Of a DNA stretch of 64,000 nt, positions 1-8,497 are shown one piece after another. The position numbers and the translations under genes are program-made. Within the stretch, counting starts at the first letter, position 1. Each line of letters begins with the position of its first letter. The notes below the pieces were generated by a model. That model was not told the DNA's origin. It did no database searches and saw only the letters and a list, made by a program, of their open reading frames with translations. Source of the stretch: an uncultured Bacteroidales bacterium (GTDB lineage Bacteria; Bacteroidota; Bacteroidia; Bacteroidales; VadinHA17); the NCBI GenBank assembly GCA_963840965.1, contig CAWJAW010000006.1:342356-406355 (forward strand), read 5' to 3'.

Positions 1-2388
1 TTCAATGGCGTTTTCCGGACAAACAATCCTGCAGTTGTCGCATTTGGTACAGAGCAACTGATCAATCTGGTGTTTTTCGTATGGCTTGAACGGAATTGCG
101 TTAACCGGACAATCCTGTGCACATTTCGTGCATCCTGTGCATTTGTCGGTAATTTCATATTTTACAAGATCCCTGCATCTTTTTGAAGGGCATATTCCCC
201 GGGTGTGGGCTTCATATTCTTCCCTGAAGTATTTCAGTCCTGTTATAACCGGGTTCGGGGCTGTCTTCCCGAGTCCGCAGAGGCTTCCATTCTGGACATC
301 ATAGCACAGTTTTTCAAGTTCATCCAGTTCCGCTAAGGTTGCTTTGCCCTGAGTCAGTCTGGTAAGTATTTCGAGCATCTGCTTGGTTCCCACCCGGCAG
401 TAAGTGCATTTCCCACACGACTGCTTATGGGTGAATTCAAGGAAATATCTTGCCATGTCGACCATACAGTCGGTGTCGTCCAGAACAACCATTCCGCCTG
501 AACCCATCATGGCGCCAAGCCGTGTAAGTTCCTCATAGTCAACAGGAGTATCTGCAAGACGTTCCGGAATGCATCCGCCTGAAGGTCCTCCGATCTGAAC
601 AGCCTTGAATGTCCTGCCTTCAATAACTCCATGTCCGATTTTTTCTACAATATCCCGGATTGTCGTGCCCATCGGAACCTCAATAAGTCCACCTCTGGCT
701 ACTTTGCCGGCGAGTGCAAACACTTTGGTTCCCTTGCTTTTTTCGGTTCCGATATCGCTGAAGGAACGGGAACCATTATTTATTATCCAGGGTACAAGTG
801 AAAGAGTCTCAACATTGTTTACCAGGGTAGGCCGTCCGTTGAATCCTTTGACGGCAGGATATGGAGGTCGCAAGTGAGGTGTTCCACGTTTTCCCTCAAG
901 CGAGGCTATCAGTGCCGTCTCTTCACCGCAGACAAAAGCCCCTGCACCTTCAAAAACCTCTATGTCAAATGATAAATCCGATCCCAGTATATTTTTTCCT
1001 ATAATTCCTTTTTCCCTGCATATTTTCAGTGCATTCCTCACTCTTGAAACAGCAAGAGGATATTCTGCCCTTATGTAGAAAATTCCACGGTCGGCTCCCG
1101 TTGCAAATCCGGCAATGAGCATTCCTTCAATTATTCTGAAGGAAAATGACTCAAGAATCATCCTGTCCATAAAAGCCCCCGGGTCACCTTCATCACCGTT
1201 GCAGACGACATATTTGGGTTTCTCCTTCATTGCTGATGAGATTTCCCACTTCTTTCCGGTTAGAAATCCTGCTCCTCCTCGTCCTCTCAGTCCGCTTTCG
1301 GTAATTACCTGAATCACCTCCTGCGGATTATTGGCCATGAGCACTGCTTTAAGGGCCCTGAATCCGTCAAGAAGTTCATATTCATCGTATGAATCAGGTC
1401 TCATAACACCTCCGTTCAGAGTGGCTATGTGGTACTGGGTACTAAGAAAATTATTCAGAGTCTGTTCCCTTGTGTCAGCCGGTATATTAACCGGACTGTA
1501 AACCATATCATCTGAAAGGAAGGAATCTGCAATATTATTTAATCTGAATCTCAGTTTCTTGTCTAAGGACCTTGGTTTAACATGTTTAAGGATTATCTCT
1601 TCAACCTGGTCCTTTTTGACATTTGTGTAACGGGAACTTCCTTTTCCGTCAGAAACAATTTCCAGGAGGGGAGTCTGGTTACAAACGCCAACACAGCCGA
1701 CAGGCTTTACTTTGATGTTAAGATCGTAGTACTCCCTTACATCGAGGAGCTTACCCAGTATGTCCCTGCTTCCGCCTGCAACACAGCAAGATCCCAGTCC
1801 AATCCTGACTTCTGCATCATATTCCTCTTTTACTGAATCTTTTTTCTGAGCACTCTGCTTTCCGACAGTGTGGAGAAAATCCGTGACAATCTCAATAACT
1901 TCGGTAGGTTTCACGTGCCCGTAAGTTTTTTCATCTATCTGAACAACAGGCGCAAGAGTGCAGCATCCCAGACATGCAACTTCCTCAATCGAAAAGAGAT
2001 TATCAGGGGAGCTGTTCCTCTCTTCTGTGATCTTGAGATCTCTTTTGAATGCTTCAGAAATCAGTTCCGATCCTTTTACGTGGCACGCGGTTCCGGAACA
2101 TATTTTTATTGTGTGTTTCCCTGACGGTATGTGTCTGAACTGTGAATAAAAAGTTGAAACTCCTGATATCTGTCCGGGCGTGATTTCAGTCACCCTGCAG
2201 ATGTGCTTAAGAGCTTCAGAAGGAATATAATTAAGCCTTTTCTGGACTTCCTGGAGTACCAGAATCACCTTTTCCTTTCCGGTACCTGTTTCACTCACAA
2301 CAGTGTCAACCACCGAGATAATTTCTTCAACGGAAAGTGCGCCGGAGTTGCAGTTGCAGGTTTCAGTATGTTTAGTTTCCTCTTTCAA
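1..2388 (-). CDS. Fused NuoE-like/NuoF-like NAD(P)H-oxidising iron-sulfur flavoprotein (HydB/HndC-type); 3' end runs off the window
   Basis: It is absent from the ORF track because it has no stop inside the window. My minus-strand translation from TTG at 2386-2388 to position 1 is stop-free (796 codons). Motifs seen: NuoE-type 2Fe-2S (CSGTACHVKG, CLGCCTLAP); a second thioredoxin-like 2Fe-2S module (GSCCVAGG, GCVGVCNQ); NuoF FMN/NADH motifs (GLRGRGGAGF, CNGDEGDPGAF); SCGKCTYCR; and two CxxCxxCxxxCP ferredoxin motifs (CTGCTKCAQDCP, CTKCDNCRIVCP). The start codon is uncertain (TTG at 2388 or 2403). Confidence 0.85.
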   Translation of the reverse strand, partial: MKEETKHTETCNCNSGALSVEEIISVVDTVVSETGTGKEKVILVLQEVQKRLNYIPSEALKHICRVTEITPGQISGVSTFYSQFRHIPSGKHTIKICSGTACHVKGSELISEAFKRDLKITEERNSSPDNLFSIEEVACLGCCTLAPVVQIDEKTYGHVKPTEVIEIVTDFLHTVGKQSAQKKDSVKEEYDAEVRIGLGSCCVAGGSRDILGKLLDVREYYDLNIKVKPVGCVGVCNQTPLLEIVSDGKGSSRYTNVKKDQVEEIILKHVKPRSLDKKLRFRLNNIADSFLSDDMVYSPVNIPADTREQTLNNFLSTQYHIATLNGGVMRPDSYDEYELLDGFRALKAVLMANNPQEVIQVITESGLRGRGGAGFLTGKKWEISSAMKEKPKYVVCNGDEGDPGAFMDRMILESFSFRIIEGMLIAGFATGADRGIFYIRAEYPLAVSRVRNALKICREKGIIGKNILGSDLSFDIEVFEGAGAFVCGEETALIASLEGKRGTPHLRPPYPAVKGFNGRPTLVNNVETLSLVPWIINNGSRSFSDIGTEKSKGTKVFALAGKVARGGLIEVPMGTTIRDIVEKIGHGVIEGRTFKAVQIGGPSGGCIPERLADTPVDYEELTRLGAMMGSGGMVVLDDTDCMVDMARYFLEFTHKQSCGKCTYCRVGTKQMLEILTRLTQGKATLAELDELEKLCYDVQNGSLCGLGKTAPNPVITGLKYFREEYEAHTRGICPSKRCRDLVKYEITDKCTGCTKCAQDCPVNAIPFKPYEKHQIDQLLCTKCDNCRIVCPENAIE

Positions 2389-4109
2389 TTTTGTGAAATG
2401 CAAAAAATATTGTTTCTACCACGGATATAAATATTCTTGTCGGAAAATGCCGGGGTACAGTCAGTTGGTTCCCCGATCGGGGATTCCGCAATTAGCTGGA
2501 ATTCCGGACCGGCATTGACTACGTGCATCAATCCGCTTCTGTCGAGACAGTAAACCTTGTCCCCGGCAATGATCGGCGAAGCATAGAACTGATCCATGAA
2601 GTAGTGAGTCCACAGAGTATCTCCCTTTATGGCATCATAGCAAGCCACATCGCCTACTCCGGTTGATATAAAAAGATATTGCTCATTGGCAACCGGGCTC
2701 GAAACATCCGATGTGAACATGTTGTCTTCCCAGACTATCGAAGGACCAGGTCCCGGTTTCAATGCTGCCAGTCGTGAGTAATCCGTAACTGCATAAACAT
2801 ATTTACTGTTTATCGCAAGCGAAGGGGCTACATCACCGGAAAGTACTTCGATTGCCCATAATTCCTTACCAGTGGCCGGATCGAATGCCGCTACTTCCGG
2901 GTTGCCGTTTATTAGTACCTGAGTTGTTCCGTTAAAGGTTGCCACCGATGGGGAAGCCCATGTTGACCTGCCTCTCCTGATGGTTTCCCATTTAAGGTCG
3001 CCTGTGGCCGTGTCAAAGCCCATCATAGATACTTTCTCATCCGAGTCGAACTGGACTATGAGAAGTTCATCGTGAAGTATTACAGAGCATGAATAACCGT
3101 AAATGTTTGCCGGAGTTCCGATATTCTTGCCCCATTTAAGCTTACCTTCAAGATCGAGGCAAACGAGGTTTCCGTTTGCAAAAATTGCGCAAACGGAATT
3201 TCCGTCTGTAGCTGCAGTAGGAGCTGCCAGCCCCGTATCATGATCAGTATCCGGGGGGGCATCCGGCTGTCCGGGAAGGCCGGAGGCGGGAGCCGTCCAG
3301 AGAAGAGCGCCGGTGTTTTTGTCGAGACAGTATACTTCGCAGTCATTGCCTTCAGCACCGGTAACATAGAGTCTGTCGCCCCATATCACAGGGGAACTCT
3401 TTCCGTTTTTCGGAACACTTGCTTTCCATTTGATGTTTGTTCCGGTTTCAGCATTCCATTCAAACGGATAATCCTCACCGCCCGCAATGCCTCTGCCGTC
3501 CTGACCCCTGAAAAAAGGAAAATTGACAGGATCGGGCGAGAAAGCCACTGCCGCGACGGATGCTGATGTCTCGTCTTTTTCCTTTTTCTTCTCCCTCTTT
3601 TCGGCTAAGGCTGTTTGTTTTCCGGACAGGTCAGGCAAATCATTTCGCAAAATGAATGAAGATATTATTGCGGCAACAGTCAGGACTGACACAGTACCTG
3701 CAAGGTATTTTGAATACCGCGCTTTATCGGAGACCTGATCGGTTTTTTCTCCGGGTACAGAAGGAAGATCTTTCTCATTCCCTGCTATGAGCCTTTGACA
3801 CAGAACAAATATAACAGCTCCTGCGATCAGCAGCCAGGAACCCGTTTCAACCTGTCGGCGCGATGCGAAATAGGCCTTCCTGGCCATCAGATCGAGCGCC
3901 CTTACCTGTTCCGCCTTAACTGCATTTTCATGATCCTTGTCAAATTCTTCCTTCACCGACACAATTACGGGATTGTCAAGAGGATCGAGAACTTTCATCT
4001 GGACAACACTCAAAAGCATGGTCAGTGCTACGATGAGGGTAAATATCCCAGCACCGGTGCTAATCCCTCTGAGTATCTTCAGTTCCTTTTCTTCAAGCTT
4101 TATCATCAC
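2385..4109 (-). CDS. Membrane-anchored PQQ-like (BamB-like) beta-propeller repeat protein
   Basis: 574-aa ORF. The N-terminal ~170 aa carry three hydrophobic helices. Repeated propeller blades follow, with xxTGxxxW signatures (LDKNTGALLWT, FDTATGDLKWE, FDPATGKELWA, YDAIKGDTLWT). The stop TGA overlaps the TTG of the next gene. Confidence 0.8.
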   Translation of the reverse strand: MMIKLEEKELKILRGISTGAGIFTLIVALTMLLSVVQMKVLDPLDNPVIVSVKEEFDKDHENAVKAEQVRALDLMARKAYFASRRQVETGSWLLIAGAVIFVLCQRLIAGNEKDLPSVPGEKTDQVSDKARYSKYLAGTVSVLTVAAIISSFILRNDLPDLSGKQTALAEKREKKKEKDETSASVAAVAFSPDPVNFPFFRGQDGRGIAGGEDYPFEWNAETGTNIKWKASVPKNGKSSPVIWGDRLYVTGAEGNDCEVYCLDKNTGALLWTAPASGLPGQPDAPPDTDHDTGLAAPTAATDGNSVCAIFANGNLVCLDLEGKLKWGKNIGTPANIYGYSCSVILHDELLIVQFDSDEKVSMMGFDTATGDLKWETIRRGRSTWASPSVATFNGTTQVLINGNPEVAAFDPATGKELWAIEVLSGDVAPSLAINSKYVYAVTDYSRLAALKPGPGPSIVWEDNMFTSDVSSPVANEQYLFISTGVGDVACYDAIKGDTLWTHYFMDQFYASPIIAGDKVYCLDRSGLMHVVNAGPEFQLIAESPIGEPTDCTPAFSDKNIYIRGRNNIFCISQN

Positions 4110-5376
4110 TAGTCTTATTTAATTGTACAGGGCAATACTGAAAACATTTTCCACAACTGTAGCATTTGCCCTTATGTGGAACATATCCTGTTCTTCTGGT
4201 GCGTGTTGACAAAGAAACAAGGCTGAGTCCGAATGATAATCCGAGAAATAATCCCATCCAGATGGAGCCCTTCCGGAACCTCTCATGGGTTTTTATTTCC
4301 TTTTCAAACAGTTCAGCTTCCGTTGTGCCAGCTTCCTTAAAACCCAGGGCAGCCAGCGAAACAGCCGGGATTCCACTCTCAGCTTCAGCCCTGATTTCCC
4401 TGGCCAGCCTGACATCACTGTTCAGTCCGGTGAAAACCGGTGAAAGGGTTCCGAAAATTATAGCACCGGCTGCTGCAAAAAAGGGAACAAGAATTATATA
4501 TGTAAGAAAACGTTTTCTCTCTTTTTCAGGGTCAACCACCGGGCGGGCAACATCCGAAGGAAGGATGGCGTCGTACGGGCAAACATCCTCACACAGCCTG
4601 CAATTAATGCATTCGGCAGGGGTAATTGTCAGATGCTTGTTTGAGAACCTTGAGAATATATTCAGGAGTACACCATAAGGACATAAGTATCTGCAATATG
4701 GCCTGTTGATAAAAATCCCTGCAATAAGCAGCAATCCTCCAAATATTACCATTGTATAGGGTGCATCGAGCCTGAAGATGCCTACAAAGGGATCGTAACG
4801 GCATATAAGGAACTGGCTTTCAGTTGCAGCCGAAAGAACTGATATTCCCAGATAAATGAAAGGCACAGATATCATTACTGACTCAACAACCCTGGGAAGT
4901 TTGACGGTTTTGAAACCAACAAGCTCCTGAATGGCGCCAAGAGGACATACCCCCGCACAGAATACCCTTCCAAATAAAAGTGCAAAGATCAGAGGTATCA
5001 TGAAGAACAGGAGTGCCGTCAGGGGAATTGAATATCCCTTGTTGAAAATGGCAAGGGCAACATTCTGAACCGAGCCGACTGAACATATGCATCCCTCCCT
5101 GAAAAATCCGAAATAGGCGAGAGAGAAAACCGAAAGCCAGAGCAGTCCCTGACGTGACCTGACTTTCAGCGCCAGCCATGCTGCCACCGAAAGAGCCCCG
5201 ATGAGCACTGCAAGATCGATATATTCCCAAATGGGAGCTCTGTCAGCAGGCATCTGATGCTCGGGATAGACATATCCGGATTCAAACTCCGGCCTTGGAA
5301 ATCTTTCCTGTGCAAAAACCACCGCATGCCACGCAAACATGAGGAACAACAGGATATATGGCAATTTCTTTTTCAC
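4093..5376 (-). CDS. NapH/MauN/NosH-like integral-membrane polyferredoxin
   Basis: 427-aa ORF with multiple TM helices. It has two CX3CP motifs typical of the NapH/NosR family (FCAGVCPLG, YCRYLCPYG) and two 4Fe-4S motifs (CINCRLCEDVCP, CYSCGKCFQYCP). Confidence 0.8.
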   Translation of the reverse strand: MKKKLPYILLFLMFAWHAVVFAQERFPRPEFESGYVYPEHQMPADRAPIWEYIDLAVLIGALSVAAWLALKVRSRQGLLWLSVFSLAYFGFFREGCICSVGSVQNVALAIFNKGYSIPLTALLFFMIPLIFALLFGRVFCAGVCPLGAIQELVGFKTVKLPRVVESVMISVPFIYLGISVLSAATESQFLICRYDPFVGIFRLDAPYTMVIFGGLLLIAGIFINRPYCRYLCPYGVLLNIFSRFSNKHLTITPAECINCRLCEDVCPYDAILPSDVARPVVDPEKERKRFLTYIILVPFFAAAGAIIFGTLSPVFTGLNSDVRLAREIRAEAESGIPAVSLAALGFKEAGTTEAELFEKEIKTHERFRKGSIWMGLFLGLSFGLSLVSLSTRTRRTGYVPHKGKCYSCGKCFQYCPVQLNKTSDDKA

Positions 5377-5382
5377 CTTCAG

Positions 5383-5946
5383 TTAAATCTTTTCTTTTGG
5401 AAGATACTGCACTTTGTCTGAAATTCTGGAAATAGCATCCGACGGACAACTTCTTGCAATAGCACATTCATTGCAGTTAACGCAAAGGTTCTGGTCTATC
5501 TGCAGATAAAGTGAACCGTTCCCAAAGTCCTTGCATCCCTTTACGCATTTTCCGCATCCGTCGCAAAGTGCTTCATCTATTGTGTATTCAAAATAAGGTT
5601 CTTCTACAAATTTCCTGGTTATGGCAGCGGTTGGGCAGAGCTGGTTCTCAGCTCCGGTGCTGATGGTTTTTGTACCCTGCCGCAGATAGCCTCCGCAAAG
5701 ATCGCAATAGCCGCACATCTGGTGATTATGCATGCATTTGACCGCCGACGGAGTAAGGACACAGTGAGTCTTGCACTGTCCACATGTGTTGCATTTGTAC
5801 GGATCGATCTGCCAGACCGTTCCCGCGGTAGTAATCCTGGTAGACAGAACGACAGGCAAACCGATTACCGGTACAGCAACCAGAACTTTGCCGGCCTTCC
5901 GGACAAAATCCCTCCGGGATTGATATTTATTAGTATCTTTATTCAT
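5383..5946 (-). CDS. Tat-signal periplasmic polyferredoxin (NapG/MauM-like)
   Basis: I chose the start at MNKDTNKYQSRRDFVRKAG (twin-arginine motif SRRDFV plus a hydrophobic stretch). Four Cys clusters are present: CNTCGQCKTHC, CGYCDLCGG, CDGCGKCVKGC, CVNCNECAIARSCP. The longer 234-aa ORF-track version overlaps the upstream small ORF out of frame. Confidence 0.75.
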   Translation of the reverse strand: MNKDTNKYQSRRDFVRKAGKVLVAVPVIGLPVVLSTRITTAGTVWQIDPYKCNTCGQCKTHCVLTPSAVKCMHNHQMCGYCDLCGGYLRQGTKTISTGAENQLCPTAAITRKFVEEPYFEYTIDEALCDGCGKCVKGCKDFGNGSLYLQIDQNLCVNCNECAIARSCPSDAISRISDKVQYLPKEKI

Positions 5947-6124
5947 CTTTTGAGTATTTACTGCAGTCATTGTCACCTTTGCAGAGCCCATTACCCGGAC
6001 AGGTAGAACAGTCTTTTCCGCTGACAGTCCGTGATCCCAGTGCCAGGGCAAGAAAAGCAAGAAAGGCAAGCAAGAGGGTTCTTGCAAGCTTCTTTAAAAA
6101 CTCCGGTCTTGTTATATTATTCAT
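5939..6124 (-). CDS. Small (61 aa) signal/anchor peptide with a C-terminal 4-Cys motif; unknown function
   Basis: The N-terminus TRPEFLKKLARTLLLAFLAFLALALG resembles a Tat-type S/T-R-R-x-F-L-K motif but has Pro in place of the second Arg. The tail is CSTCPGNGLCKGDNDC. It sits between two genes with a 4-nt (ATGA) overlap upstream and an 8-nt (ATGAATAA) overlap downstream. This geometry is the main support that it is translated. Confidence 0.5.
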   Translation of the reverse strand: MNNITRPEFLKKLARTLLLAFLAFLALALGSRTVSGKDCSTCPGNGLCKGDNDCSKYSKDE

Positions 6125-7035
6125 TTTCTTCTAAATACATAAAGTTTATTGTCAAAGCTGTTTGCAGCATATATAGTCTCTCCATCGGCCGAAGCCACAT
6201 CCAGCGGGATCGACTGGTTAAAATCATTGTTCACCGAAACGAATTCAACGAACATACCGTCACGGTCAAGTATTTTGATTCTGTTTATTCCCTTTTCAGC
6301 AGTAACGAATCCCTGGGGGATAACTGCAAAATGTGCCGGGTTGCAGCATCCGCAAAACGCATCGGGGGCTGTTCCCGGTTCTCCGAATTCCGTAGTCTTC
6401 CTGCCGTCAGTGGTCCAGGTCTCGATTCTCCTGTTACCTGTATTGGCTGCAAAAACAAGATTTCCCGACACTGCTGCATCAAAGTAAGCACTCGGAATGA
6501 TAAATTTTTCATCTCCCTGACCCATCATCCTGAGAACTTCACCTTCTCTATCAAGAACAAACATCCTCTTATTCCCTGCATCGGCAATAACAACATGCTC
6601 CGGACTGGCCGATAGTGATGTTATTATGCTGTTCCCCTCGTAAGGTCCCCACTCTGAAATCAGTTTACCTGAAGAGGATACAAGGTAAATTGTCTCCGTT
6701 GTTGAAGCGAATACCGTATCACCCGAAACAGCTAGGGCGGTTATCTTTCCTTCAGTTTCAATAGACCATAGTACGCCAAGATTCTGATCCAGGGCGGTAA
6801 CAAATGCATCTCCGCCAAGAAACACCATTCCCCTCTCAGAGACGGCTACCGAGGTTAGGGATCCTGCCGGCAGGCTATAAGTTTTTTCAATGATCCACTC
6901 AGCCTCATATTCCTCAGTTGTTGTTGCTTCCGGCTTCTCAGTTCCTCCTGAACCTCTTGCCGCATCATAGATCATGTAGGCCATGAAGGCCAAAATTATG
7001 ATCAGTGAAAATAATGCTGCAGGTTTCTTTCCCAT
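6121..7035 (-). CDS. Membrane-anchored NHL-repeat six-bladed beta-propeller protein
   Basis: 304-aa ORF with an N-terminal hydrophobic anchor (LFSLIIILAFMAYMIY). NHL-like blades: IADAGNKRMFVLDREGEV, AANTGNRRIETWTTDGRK, TAEKGINRIKILDRDGMF, AANSFDNKLYVF. It also carries an unusual FCGCCNPAHF motif. Confidence 0.8.
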   Translation of the reverse strand: MGKKPAALFSLIIILAFMAYMIYDAARGSGGTEKPEATTTEEYEAEWIIEKTYSLPAGSLTSVAVSERGMVFLGGDAFVTALDQNLGVLWSIETEGKITALAVSGDTVFASTTETIYLVSSSGKLISEWGPYEGNSIITSLSASPEHVVIADAGNKRMFVLDREGEVLRMMGQGDEKFIIPSAYFDAAVSGNLVFAANTGNRRIETWTTDGRKTTEFGEPGTAPDAFCGCCNPAHFAVIPQGFVTAEKGINRIKILDRDGMFVEFVSVNNDFNQSIPLDVASADGETIYAANSFDNKLYVFRRK

Positions 7036-7036
7036 A

Positions 7037-8497
7037 TTAACTTTCTTTCCCTATATTAAGACAGACCATATTTCTTGCATCCCTCATAATGAGGAAGTTA
7101 CCTGCTATGGCCATCGGCCCCCAGGCCTCGATTCCGTCGAGCAGATCGAATTGTGAAAGCAGGGTTGCCTGCGAGCCATCAATTCTGAAGATGAAAAGGT
7201 TTGCATCATCATCGAGCAGTATCAGTTTGTCATCCTTTACTATAAAAGGTCCGAGTCCGCGACCGAATCTCATGTCCTTTCCGCTGCCCCATACAAGGGT
7301 TCTCAGATCGGACTTATGGTATGAAACAAGCTGTTTCTTCAGAGGACCTGCATTCTCAGGCATTACCGTCCATACGTAATCACCTGTGATGATTGGTGTC
7401 TGCTGGTCGCTTGAAATACCTTCCATTGCCTTGTGTGTCTCTATCACGGCAACAGAGTATCCTGATCCGTCAAAGTCGATCCTGATTTTTCCTCCGCCTG
7501 CCCCATAGCTGCCGAATACTGCTATTTCACCATTGCCCAAATGCACGGGAGAGGCTGCTGTTGTCGCCGGATTCCATTCCTTTGTTTTCCACAGGACCCT
7601 TCCGACATCGTTCCCGTCAGCAGCAACGCCTACAACGCCTCCAACGGCATTGTAAACGTACATTTTTCTTCCATGAATCACCATTGGGATTATAGACCCA
7701 TGCGACATCATCAGGGAGTCGGGGTTCGGGGTGCGCCACAGTATCTCGCCGTCAGCGCAATTCACACCGATCATCAGGGCTTTACCGCCGGGAGCAAGTA
7801 CAGCAACTTCGTTATCAATAAGAGGACACTGGCCGGAATAGAAATCGGGTGTGATTTTTCCCTTTGAACTTCCCGGTACGCCAAATTCCTTTTCCATGTC
7901 GATGGTCCAGAAAAGTTCCCCTGAAACGGGATCGACACACATCACATGCGACCTGGGTCCGACTGTAACCACGTATTTGTCGTTAACCGCAGGTATGGTA
8001 CGGGAATAGCCGTGATTACGCTTCATGTCGACATAATACCATCTCCGCCACAACTCCGTACCTGACTTGAGTGAGAAACAGCGAAGCATGTCCGCTTTTC
8101 TTCTTTCGTCGTAATCTAATAGATAAACTCTTCCGTTTTTGACAGCCGGGCCGGCATAGCCTTCACCGAGAGTGACCTTCCAGACAACAGGCGGACCTGT
8201 AGTGTCCCACGATTCTGCCATTTCGAAGGTATCCCTGACAATGTTGTCAAAGTTGGGTCCCCTGAACCTTGGCCATTCTCCCGGTACCAATTCGTCGAAG
8301 ATGCCCAGCGTATCAAAAAACTCACCTACTATAATTTCCTCTGATCGTGGTTCAAGTTTCGGTCTGTTGTCCATGCCCGGAACCCTCATCGTGAGTTCGG
8401 CAGGATAGTGATAGTCAGCCAGCCACCAGATAAGTACAGCGGCAAATATCACCGCCGACACTCCTGTTAAAAGCCTGTTATTTTTCTTTAATGTCAT
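7037..8497 (-). CDS. Membrane-anchored PQQ-like beta-propeller repeat protein
   Basis: I chose the start at MTLKKNNRLLTGVSAVIFAAVLIWWL (TM anchor). Blade motifs: FSLKSGTELWR, VDPVSGELFWT, NCADGEILWR. The longer ORF-track N-terminus would overlap the upstream gene by about 100 nt. Confidence 0.8.
   Translation of the reverse strand: MTLKKNNRLLTGVSAVIFAAVLIWWLADYHYPAELTMRVPGMDNRPKLEPRSEEIIVGEFFDTLGIFDELVPGEWPRFRGPNFDNIVRDTFEMAESWDTTGPPVVWKVTLGEGYAGPAVKNGRVYLLDYDERRKADMLRCFSLKSGTELWRRWYYVDMKRNHGYSRTIPAVNDKYVVTVGPRSHVMCVDPVSGELFWTIDMEKEFGVPGSSKGKITPDFYSGQCPLIDNEVAVLAPGGKALMIGVNCADGEILWRTPNPDSLMMSHGSIIPMVIHGRKMYVYNAVGGVVGVAADGNDVGRVLWKTKEWNPATTAASPVHLGNGEIAVFGSYGAGGGKIRIDFDGSGYSVAVIETHKAMEGISSDQQTPIITGDYVWTVMPENAGPLKKQLVSYHKSDLRTLVWGSGKDMRFGRGLGPFIVKDDKLILLDDDANLFIFRIDGSQATLLSQFDLLDGIEAWGPMAIAGNFLIMRDARNMVCLNIGKES

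Noticed and set aside
1-2388. Calling the NuoEF-like protein a hydrogenase subunit.
   Set aside because: No H-cluster (HydA) or [NiFe] subunit is visible in the window. The same module also serves formate dehydrogenases and other NAD(P)H-linked complexes, so only the generic flavoprotein call is supported.
5383-6087. The 234-aa version of the ferredoxin ORF, with an extra 47-aa N-terminus.
   Set aside because: The extension (MQEPSCLPFLLFLPWHWDHG...) has no signal or domain character and overlaps the 61-aa ORF out of frame. The internal Met is followed directly by a textbook SRRDFV Tat motif and makes an 8-nt coupled overlap.
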